Assembly (NCBI RefSeq): GCF_002105155.1
Contig: NW_019029005.1
Location: forward strand, 372,001 to 436,000
Source: Lobosporangium transversale
Taxonomy: Eukaryota
Length of the DNA stretch: 64,000 bases
Reading direction: 5' to 3'
Each line of letters begins with the position of its first letter. Position 1 is the first letter of the stretch. The translations under genes and the position numbers were made by a program. This document shows positions 52,897-64,000 of this stretch, piece by piece. The notes under the pieces were generated by a model. That model made no database searches. It saw only the letters and a list, made by a program, of their open reading frames with translations, and had not been told where the DNA came from.

Positions 52897-55800
52897 GACT
52901 GTTGAATGTTTTTTCTGTCCTTTCCTTTTCACGTATGTTATTGTATTCAACGTTCAATCCTTCACTCCTTTTGTTCTTTTCTTGGGTACTAAGGTCTGTG
53001 AAAGAGAGGGGCGTAATGCTTAATGCTTATTTTTTTTGCTTTCCCACTTAATTTCGGATAATTAAATTCAGGGACAATCAAATGAATGGGACTAACAAAA
53101 CAGCCAGTAAAATCAAAGGGTGGGGGAGAGGGTGATGAGGTGGACGATGCAACAGAAATGAGGGAATGGAGACAACGCACAGAAAAAAAAAAAAAAGAAA
53201 GAAAGAAAAGAAGAGGGAAAGAAATGAGAGGAGAGAGGAACCGAGCCCTAGTTCCAATTCCCCTACCCTATTTTGCCCGCCAGAAAGGGTGTGCAAAAAG
53301 AATCAGAGAGCCTTGTTCAAGTTCAGAGATGATTGATTATGCTGAGCAAAAGATAAATATACCTCAGCCAATTCGTTCAGTGAGTAGTGAGAGAGCCCTC
53401 AGCTAATAAAACTGTCTTTTATTTTAGGTGCAATAACAAAAAAATCTTCTTCAAGAAGAAAATTACTGGAATGGATTAGGTGCCATGTCATACAAATAAT
53501 GAAAAAAAAAAATGCTGGCTCATTCATCTTCATTCAGTTTGTATAACATAATGTCGGACCAAAACCACTCTAATTGCTAATGAATATTGACCCCAGTTCT
53601 CTTTCATTGGCAGAGGAACACAAAAATGGCACGTTGTTCTTTCTCTCTCTTTTTGCTCTCAAGCACAAAAGATCAATACACAACACAGAAAGAATAAATG
53701 AGTCCACATTTTTATTTTATTTTTTTGAGGGACCTTGTACAAATGTCATTCTTCATTCTTTTGAAGTATATACAAATACATTATAATGTGAACCTTGCAA
53801 TGATACATATCCTCAATAATAGTGAAACAGTTCTCACTGTGACAGCCTATTATTGGCCAGGGCTCCTTCGATCTTGTTTCTTGCTCTTGGGTCAGGTTAT
53901 GATCACATACATTGAATTGGAGCGTGCGCGAAATAAAGATGAGGCCATTAAGTGTTATCTGTTTTATCAATTAGTCCCTATCATATACATATAGCAAATA
54001 TGACAGGACTGAGACAAGGACAAAAGAGCAAAGCGCTAGAGCAGGGACAGGGGCAGGGACAGGGACCGGGAGGAGGGGACCAGTACAGTGGTATGCTTCG
54101 GTTGAGGGAAGAGACACCTGCACGCTAGTCCCAATTTCGCCTTCTAACTAAAACGAGCGTCTTCGTAGCAACATCACAAGGAACAACATCCCGGTATCAA
54201 TGACAGGTGCTCTCATCGCGGAGCTGAACGACAGTAATCATGCATACGAGATTCATCCGAACAGATCTATTTTGCAGCCACCCATAGACAAGTCTTTTTG
54301 TTGTAACAATGGGGCCAAGCAAAGTTTTGAAATGCTTTTCCTAGGAGACAATGCTTTAGCCAAATGCTTTTTTATTATTGTACAATCTCCTTGCTATTCT
54401 GGAGAGAAGTTTAAAGCAGTTATCATCCCAGGTCCGTTCATCCAGAACTTTGCACTCATGGGCTTATAAAAAAGATATTGGGCAGTTAATCCTTTTCATG
54501 ATAATAGCTGTTCTTTAAATTTTTAATTTTGTGAACGCGATGCTGTCAAATATTCTGATTGGTTGGGAGAATAAATTACATTGTCAAAAAATTTGAAAAA
54601 TGAAAGATGTTGATCAGACATTTACTCAAATGGTGCTGTGTCCCTAGGCTATCCTATGCTTTATCAAAACACTCGTAGATCATTTATACTCGTGTCTTTC
54701 CATCTTTTGCCTCTCTTGAAATTATTTATATACAAATCTCGGTAAAAGTATGCAGTTATTAAACAGCCCCTTGGTATATATGTACATATTCATGTACATA
54801 CTTCCCATTTAATGCATCATCGGCTTACATTTTACAATCCGCAATGTTCATTCTCAAAACGTTACATTTGTTGACACAATAAGCTAGCTACAGACCTCCC
54901 TACAGACCATGTAATAAAATGCGGAAGGTACTGTACGAAGTGGCCTTTGATCCGATGTATCTAATTTTGTGCGCATGCATTGGATCAAGGGGAAGGCCTG
55001 TTTGAATGTATTAAATGTACAATATCCTTCAAAATTACAGTCACCCTTTATTTATTTGTAAAGAGAGGCATAGTAATGCAGCAAAAAAAAAAAAAAAGTA
55101 TTTTCAGGGGTCTTTTCGATCTTTCCTGTCGATTTTTTTTTATAGAAGGAGACAAGATACATTCATCAATTCTAGTATCAACCTTTACAGGATTTTGTAA
55201 AGGTTAATGGAATACACTGCCATTGATTGGCTGTCCTGATTTCAGAAAAAAGCGCTGCTACTTGTAAAAAGAATGAGTAGACATAGCGCCCTTCTCGGCC
55301 ATTCTCTTTATGATGAGTGAGGGCGTATGACCATTGAGAAGATCTGCTGCAAGATCTTTGTCAAGATTAAAGTGAATGAGAACAAGGCAAGGTAAAAGTC
55401 AGCTGAAAAGATTGAGAGGCTGAGAAAGCCAAAAAAAAAAAAAAAAAAAAGTACTTGGACAAATATGAGAGATATTTGTTCTAAGGATTCATTTTGCTCC
55501 GGCTTATCACCACCATTATGACTTTGATTAGTATTCCTTAATATTTTATTCATCTAACTTGATCATATTCATCTGAACAAAGAAAGGATCCTGCAACGAT
55601 ACGCATGTCTCAAGTATGAGATAGCCATTTGACTTGATAAAGTATGTAAGATATAGAACTATGAAAGAGGCTCGTAAATGGCGACAACTGAATGTGCTCT
55701 TCGCCAATCAGAATCCTCTGACACCATTAAAGCCTACATTTCAAGGAAATAAATGTCACGTCCTTTTGGGTGTGCCTACCATGATGGGTACGTAAAAGAG

Positions 55801-58630
55801 CGTTCAAGTATCTGCTTACTATGATATTATTGTATCATTTCATTGTTGTTGTTATTGTTCGTGTGGCTACGAATTGGAAACAGTGTTATAAAATAAGTCA
55901 ATAGCCACACATGAAAACCACATTGCTGCTATGTTATTCTTTATTTATATTTCACAATCCATTTTGAAAGAAGAAAAGTGTTTTTTTTCTTTTTTTTTCT
56001 TGGGATGGTAACAGCAAAATGATTCAAAATGATTGCTTGCTTCGGATATGTAGTTACGGATGTTAATGATAAGGATGGCAAGCAGTTAATATTATACATA
56101 TGAAAATGGCTGCTCACAATTAAGGAATATTCCAAATGAAATAATATGTAATACGGAACATTCAATATGATCATTTTACTGACGTGATGCGTGTGTGGTT
56201 GAGAGTCTAAAGGACATTTTGTCTATGCTCGACAATGGGTGCTCATCGCTTTCCAGTCTAAAAAAGATATTAAATGACTATTTACATGAGGAGCTTTTTG
56301 TTTTGTTCAATGTCTATATATCTTGGTCAATCTATGTCTTTTTGCCTCTGCCTCTGCCCATGTCAACTGTGTCTCTATCCATACTAATACGATGTTTCAA
56401 ATCGTCAAATTAACCACTGATTTTTGGGGCGTTTGTTTATCTTTGCCCAATAGCTGTAGTCAGATCAATTAGACAAACGAATATGAGTGTAAGAGTCTCA
56501 ATCTGTTTTGTTTATTTGTTGATCGAAAAAATTAAAAAAGGGGGAAAGAGGAGAGAGGAGAGAGAGGGAGAGGATGTTCAAGCGGACGTCGCGTGGCACA
56601 TGGGAAAAACATGAAGTCTTTGTGCATGGTTGCCAGCCTTTTTGTGTCTTGTGCTATGTGTTTTGTCTTTTGTAGCACAGTTGACGATGCAACTCGTCAT
56701 TGTCTTTTTTACTTTATTTTTCACATTAGTTTACTTGCTTTGGCAAGGAATGTGGCCCTGCTCTTCAGGAACGGAAACAGTTTTAATTGAGAAGAGTGTA
56801 AGTCTGCGCATTGCATCAATTGCGTCGTTGATCATCTTTTGTTGTTCCTGGACCTGTTTTCCCACTTTCCCACTTTCCCACTTTACCACTTTCCCCATTT
56901 TGCTGTAAACTATACTTTCGCATGCAATTTATCTCCATAGTCTATTCCTTCAAATGTCATCCAATGAAATGTTACATATGCTTTTGCCTCGCTGGTGGAT
57001 CTTCAACTCTTGAGATATATTTGCATTTCTGTCCTATTCTCTCTCTCCTCTCTCTCTCTCTCTTTTTTTTTTTTTTTTTGTGCATGCATGCATATTTAAC
57101 TATCAGCACTACCGTTATCACGAAAAAATTATGCAGCCCATCGAGCAGGGTCATACATTACATATTTGAATAAAGGCCCATTGTTGCACAGGATCAGGAG
57201 AAGCTGTTTCATCTTGTCAAGGGGAAAAGGTTCCTTTGACGACATTTGTGACAAGTCCTCTGTTGGGAACGTGCATAAATGTAGAGGAAAAAAAAATGTA
57301 CTCTGTGACAGGTAGTGGTTTGGATGGTCGCAAGAGAGGGGAGGGGAAGAAAGAGCAGTGATGCAATGGCGACGTGGACAGGGGAGATCCATTTGTTTAC
57401 ACCTTTTTGGGCTACAAAGAAACGGGTACAGATACCTTTTTGCAACTTTGCGCTGAAGTAGAGGAGGAAAGAAGTGGGAAGGGAGGACAAAGGTCCCCTA
57501 GCCGGAGATGGGATGGGATACGGAATTAGGAGGAAGCGTAAAACGTAAAGCGAAAAGGTGTGAAAATTGGCTCAATTGCCCTTTTCTACGTAAACACACC
57601 ATGACATTAGTTATACAACCACGGCTCCTTTTTTCGCGTCTTTCCTTGACGCGCTCACCTAATCTAATCGCTCACTCTCACATCTTTTTTTTTTTTTTTT
57701 TTTTTTTTTCGCGACATTGTCATCCGAAGAAGGATTTACGATGTCGCATGACAAAAAAAGATGTAAAATAAGTTTGCCCTTTAGTTCAAGATTAATAAAG
57801 GAAATAAAAAAAAAACAATGGAATTGAACCTTTCTCCTTTTTTTTTTTTTTTGTACATGGAGTAATTTGCATGCATCCGTCATCATTGCACCTTGAGGCT
57901 CTCTTTGGAATTCGCACACACAGCATACAACATGATACACTAACATTAATGAAAATACAAAGAACATCAGCACATTGCATTATAATCATTGTAACTGTCC
58001 TTCATTCTTTCATTCTTTCATTCTTTCATTCTTTCATTCCCTTTTATTTTATTTAATTTTTTTTGTCTAAAATTATTTTCTTCCCTTTTCTTACTGTAAT
58101 TTTTTTTTTTTACTTTTTTCCCTTGCTTGACTGACACAGTCCAGTAAATAGTCCCATTTATTATTATCGTTTAATCGAGCCAATACCTTGTATCTTCTTG
58201 GTTGTAATAACATTCTCCCCACTCCACTTTCTCTCTTCCTTTCCTCTTTTTTTTTCTTTTTTTTTTTTCTCAATAACCTTCAATGTAATGGTCTGCTTAT
58301 TCCAGCCTAGCCTCTAGCTCTCTGTCTAGCCTGCATTCTCTCTCTTCCTTCCCTTTTCTGTTGTTTGTTTCTTTTTACTTCGTCCTTCTCTGTCTATATC
58401 TTTTCTCTCTTCTTCACTCTTATTCTCACTCCCACTCTCACACACTCTTTTTTTTTTTTTTATTTTTTTTTATTATTTTTATTTTTTTATTTTTTTATTT
58501 TTTTATAAATATATATATAAATATACATATTTCTTTTTTTTGTATGTGTGTGTAAGGTTGACTTTGCTCCCATTGCAATTACTCCATCTCTCTTTCATTG
58601 CGATCCCAACAGAAATATGACACAACAACA

Positions 58631-60035
58631 ATGTACAAACACGCCAACGGAGTAGGAGTGGAGCCTTCTCCTCCTCTTTTTCTGATAATAACAGGGATTC
58701 TACCCGCTATGGGTCAACAAGTCCACACCCCCCTCTTCCTCCACCTTCACTCCACACCAGTATGTCTACCACAACATCCAATCCCTTCTCTCATGCACAT
58801 TCAAGCACAAAACAAACACCAGTACATTGTCAGATATCCCAAATGCCAGGTCCAGTACCAGTACCAATACCAGTACCAGTATCACCACCGCATCTTACTC
58901 TCTACTTCACAAACGCAACAGTCACGACCGTCACTCGCTTTTCTCCGACCTGGCAACGGGATCGGTGGCAATCGAGTTGCCACCAGAATGCGCTCAGGTT
59001 CCAATCCACATCCACCGCTTTATCGAGATCAATCTCCCTCTCTCGCTCTCTCAGAAACACTCTACTCTCAACGACGTGCTCATCGAGAAAGTAGTGACAG
59101 TAGCATCAGTAGTAGCACAACTGGAAACGACTCCACTCATATCAATGATTCATTTTCCCGATCTTATTTGACTGAGGCAGGAGATAATAGTAATAAGCAT
59201 CGAGCAGTCCAGGTCCTAGCACAACAGGAGAACCCTGGAATGGAAACGGCAATTACTGAGGGGTTTTCAAAGACAAGAGCCAGAGCCTCCACCAGTTCTG
59301 GTTACAACGCACGAGATCAAGGACCATCTGGAGTAGCACTCAGTTTTTTGGCCAATTCAGCCTTGTCTGAACGGTTGAATACAACCACAAAAGCACCCTC
59401 ACCAGTACCATCACACCATCGCTATCGCCACGGACGCAGACGCAGATGCAATCACACTCGATCTCAGTGCCGTCAGCGTCTTCTCCCTCTAGTCGGATTT
59501 CTTCACCAAGTCCAAAGCCAAACATGACGTCGTCTATTTCCATACCCAATGTACCAATGCCTCCAGCTCCGCGTTATTCCACAAAAACCTATTCTAGTCC
59601 CTACAACTTCAACCTCAACCTCACAAACGTCCCCCGCTAATGCTACTAATCTTTTTACTGCCACCACTGCTCCAGCTACAACTACTTCTATTACTACTAC
59701 TGCGGCTAATGATAGTTGTATCACGGGACTAGCGCAACAGCCACATTGCCTTCAACCAACTCAACTGGTCCAACAACGAGTGCGCAAAGCAATGGTACTT
59801 CTGCTGTTCCACAACGACAGCAATTGCCTCTAATGTGGACGTGGTTGGAAAACGACTACGGGAGCAACAACTTCAGGACAGATTCAAGGCTGCACAGAAT
59901 TTTATTGAGCGGACAGTGGGTCAGGCCTTGCCTTCAAGCGACCTGCACGAGTCACTGAAGGATGGAGTTATTCTCTGCCGGTAATTGATATTTTGACTAT
60001 TTTAAAAATCCTAGTAACGTTGTCCGGTATCCCTG

Positions 60036-60069
<34 letters not shown>

Positions 60070-60460
60070 ACTCCTGTCTGTGCCATCATTGTGCCCACTC
60101 TATCCTCTCTCCTTTCTCTTTTACCCCCATTTCTTATGCAAAGTTATTGGATACACTGTGTTTAACCTCACATGTTTCGGTATAAATGATTTTTTAGACT
60201 GGCGAATCGACTACGACCGGGCACTGTCGAACAAATCAGTCTGAAAAACCTCCCCTTTGTCAAGGTAAGACCAGCGGCAAAATGGCTGACAGGCAAGCAG
60301 GCAATCAAAAGGCGAGCAGGAGTGACATTGCAATCTACAACAACGAGGATAATTATAGGAGTGCACAAAAAATAAGAAAAACAAATATCCCAAAAAACAA
60401 AAAACAAAAGACAAAAAACAAACAAAATAGGGCTTGCGGCTGTAAATAGGTAGTATGCTT

Positions 60461-60491
<31 letters not shown>

Positions 60492-60937
60492 GAAATCGAC
60501 AATCACATCACTGTTCCCGGTTCAGAAAATCTATTGTTTGTACTCAATGACAGATTTTTTTTGGCCTGGGATGAGCTAATGGCAAACTATAAGGCATGCA
60601 GTTACATATCAATGCCAGTAACTTGCCTACCGTTCGTGATGTCTTTTTTTTCCTGTCTTCTATGATCGGTCTGCTAGATGCCTATTATAGTTCAATACCT
60701 TAGATCTTGCACAACTCATGACTCTTGTCTTATTTTTTTATTTTTTATTTTTTATTTTTTTCATGTATGTTTGAAATGTTGTTTAGATGGAGAATATCAG
60801 CAACTTTCTGAACGCAGCAAAACAGGTACAGACGCTTTTTGTGGAGTTAATGGCCGCGATATACATGATCAAGTTCATAATTGATTTCAGATGCGTTAGC
60901 ATGCGCACACAATGGATGTGATCAGAATCGCTGAGCA

Positions 60938-60972
<35 letters not shown>

Positions 60973-63900
60973 CTCATTCTTACATAGCTTGGCGTACAGA
61001 GTTCAGATCTGTTTCAGACCGTTGATCTTTATGAAGGCAAGGACATGAATCAGGTACAATTAGCGCACGTATGGACATTGCATAGTTTGTGGCAAATGCT
61101 TTCGAGTTCATGCTTTAACGCATTATTTTGGTCCGATATAGGTGTATCAACAATTTTGACGCTGGAGCGCGTAGTTGGTGGAGTAGCACGGATAGTAGCC
61201 AAAGAGAAGCGTCCTGGACCAAACCCGCTCGTATCATCTGGATCTGCATCGTCGCAAATACCAAAAGCAACAGATAATGGTGCGCCATTAACAAGGATGC
61301 GATAAAAGACTGCGCACACACCGAGCGCTGTATCATTGTCGTCATCGTCTTCGATGCGATCCTCATCATCATCCTTTTATGCGGCCCAAATTAAAAAATG
61401 GAGGAAGATAGTATCCGGTTTGCAACTGGATATGATCGTCTAGAAATTCGCAGAATCTCTATAATAAGCTAAAAGATACCCGCCATCAAAGCACCCCCCT
61501 TGTCATGAACAAACAAGCGCCCTCGCTACCTGTTAAAGCAAAGAGGTCTCCTCGTCATCGTATCGCTACCGTAGGTGACATTGATACAGCAGTAGCGGAC
61601 ATAAGCTTTGGCAGTGACGAGAGTGAAGCTCAATCTTCTTCGCAGCTCGAGACAGCTGAGGATAGACAACGACGCGCGATTTGGTTTTTGGCAGTAGTGG
61701 CTCACCTCATTGTTTGAACAGACCCGATCTTCACTTGCTCCAAAGTCAGTTTCAGGACCTCTGTTTTTAGCAGACGGAAGCATATTGACATCATCATCAT
61801 CGTCGGCAGCGGCAACGATGGATTAGCGCCAGCAGGAGGAAGAAGAAAAGTATATCATTAGACCCTCAGGTTGCGAATGCTGTTATACCACTCCAGGCTA
61901 TCGGAATGGTTTAGCTAGCCCCAGCAGCCCCCTTGGCTTGACTCAGTCCTCTTCCTACAACGCTATTTCTAATATGACAAACACCAGCCCTGGTGGCTAC
62001 TCAAATTTGAAGCAACACTCACGGTATTCATCTGAGAAGACTAATGTCACTGCTCTGGAGGCTTGGGATCCCCTGTGTCCTCACGATCAACTACACCAGT
62101 GCAAGGCCTTCGAAAGAGCACCATAGCATCGAGCCTGTCCGTGAGGAGCTGGAACTTTGGGAGAACGACGAAAAAGTAGCGACATATGTAAGAAGACCAA
62201 TGAAAGGGAGCAAGGATATGAAGAAGTGGCATGTTTGGCTTTAATATCGCGTTAACCTAATACTTTTATTTATGCTGGTCATATGTAGAAACTTGGAAAC
62301 TGTATTGGAAGGGGACAGTTTGGCTCTGTATATAAGTAAGTTGTTTTGTTTGTCTGACACTTTGCTCGGTTATTATTGGGGCCTATTAATCATTATGTTT
62401 ATTTATATCATTTAAACTAACTTCATACTCGATGTATTTGATAACAATTGTAGAGCGATGAATATGGTGACAGGCCAGATGGTTGCAGTGAAGCGGATCA
62501 AGATCGATGGGCTGAAAGATGAAGAACGGGACATGTTGATGCAGGAAGTAGATTTATTGAAGTCACTTGCTCATCCATCAATTGTCAAGTATGAGGGATT
62601 TATTAAAACAGAGGACTATCTCAACATTGTCCTGGAGTTTGTTAGAACGGTTCGCTCTTGACAACACTCAAATCCTTTGGGGCATTTCCCGAAAAGCTCG
62701 TAGTCGCATATGTGGTCAAAATCCTGGAAGGACTTGTTTATCTTCATGGCAAAGAGGTAATTTTATTATTTTGTATTGAAAGTAGACACTGAATGTATGA
62801 TTTGTGTAAAGTAGTCTGAAATGACGCAAAGGAGATTGTCTACTGATTATATGGTGGGTTTTTATTTTATGGCATTTTTAGGTTGTTCATTGTGATCTAA
62901 AGGCTGCCAACATTCTCACAACTAAGAATGGAAACGTGAAGCTTTCAGATTTTGGAGTATCTCTTAATCTCAAGGTGAAGGAGTCTGACTTTGGTGCTGT
63001 TGCTGGAACACCTAATTGGAGTATGTTGATCGAATGCAATAGTCGTTATTGGATTGGCCTTTACAAAGCTATGGGATTGTTTAATTTCCGATTACATCTT
63101 GTCCTTCTCTCTCTAATATCATTTCCCTTTTTCTTCCCTTTTTTATAAATTTTCATTAGTGGCACCGGAGGTGATTGAGTTGAAAGGTGCCTCACCAGCC
63201 AGTGATATCTGGTCTTTGGGATGCACAATCATTGAGATGCTGACGGGACGGCCTCCTTATGCAGATCTACTTGCAATGACAACTTTGTTCCGCATTGTAG
63301 AAGATGAGCGACCGCCATTGCCCAGTGACGTGTCTGCAGACCTATTGGATTTCTTATGCCAGTGTTTTCAAAAAGACCCAGCGTTGCGGCCCAGCGCAGG
63401 AGATTTGGGTCGCCATGTTTGGATTAAGCGTAATTTTGCAGCAAAGGTTAGCATAGGACAAACATTTTGCTCGTTTCCCATTGTCAATTTGTAAAAACGG
63501 CTTGGTAGTCTAATGCGAAAAGGTTATCTATTTATTCCATTCTTTCAGGAACTTAAGCCTATGGACAGTTTACCATTTATGAAGCGTAAACTGCTGGAGC
63601 CAAAGGAGAGAGTCCTTGCATCAACGCAAGAAGAAGGCAAAGAAAATGGAGCGGCTGCTAGAAGGTCTCTAACGCCACTTGGGCTCTCTTCAGGAACAGC
63701 TACAGGGCCACCACCGGCTGTATCTCCTAACGTTCCACTGCAGGCAAGTGGAAGTGGCGTAGCACTCGACGAGGAAGCGTTGACAGTGCTGGTGCATTTT
63801 ATGCTTCTTCGACTGTTCCAGCTCCGACCGTTCTCCATGATCGGTATCAGGAAATGAACCGAATGAGCGGCAAGGCAACCAATCAGCACCAGTTTGTTAA

Positions 63901-64000
63901 GAGTTCATTTGCAAAACGTAATGGAGATTTCAATTATGTTGGAAGCTGTAATATCTTATTGATACGTACTGTTCCTGAATATTCTTACTGATGCTACTTT
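58631..64000 (+). CDS. STE-group Cdc15/Cdc7(SepH)-like Ser/Thr kinase with N-terminal calponin-homology domain and probable C1 domain; 3' end outside window
   Basis: CH domain over 5 exons (about 59880-61180): AQNFIERTVG...LHESLKDGVILCR/LANRLRPG.../MENISNFLNAAKQ/LGVQSSDLFQTVDLYEGKDMNQ/VVSTILTL. Kinase (62289-63450): LGNCIGRGQFGSVYK, VAVKRI, HCDLKAANILTTKNGNVKLSDFGVS, GTPNWMAPEVIEL, DIWSLGCTIIEMLTGRPPY. HQFVKSSFAK at 63887. Confidence 0.9.

Noticed and set aside
54160..54500. 89-aa ORF 54200-54469 and nearby coding-like sequence
   Set aside because: No recognisable motif or splice structure, so a gene cannot be supported.
55310..55450. Short coding-like stretch followed by poly(A), suggesting a retrocopy
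   Set aside because: No identifiable parent or target-site duplication, and poly(A) runs are ubiquitous here.

Overview
Eukaryotic, intron-rich fungal DNA. The gene content (animal-type DHCR7, CNOT11, Kelch-TM proteins, secreted S41 peptidase) and the very dense poly(A)/poly(T) tracts point to an early-diverging fungus, most likely Mortierellaceae; this is inference. About 15 protein-coding loci are recognisable. In order: cytochrome c peroxidase (runs off the left edge), CNOT11, a Gti1/Pac2 (WOPR) transcription factor, SNRNP40, aminoacylase-1, an Fmp52/TIP30-like Rossmann protein, DHCR7, an S41 peptidase, Kelch-TM protein 1, a CSC1/OSCA channel, Kelch-TM protein 2, a 4-finger C2H2 factor, an intron-containing PD-(D/E)xK nuclease-like gene, an unknown coiled-coil protein, and a CH-domain + Cdc15/SepH-like kinase with a probable C1 domain (runs off the right edge). 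Almost every gene has 1-nt frameshifts, including housekeeping genes. These look like unpolished long-read errors, so gene ends are approximate and pseudogene status cannot be judged. No tRNA, intact rRNA, CRISPR array or intact transposon was seen. The best leads are the PD-(D/E)xK gene, the CH-kinase-C1 architecture, a UIM-like plus RGG tail on CNOT11, and RxP[QH] motifs in the Kelch receptor tails. I found no clearly new multi-gene system.
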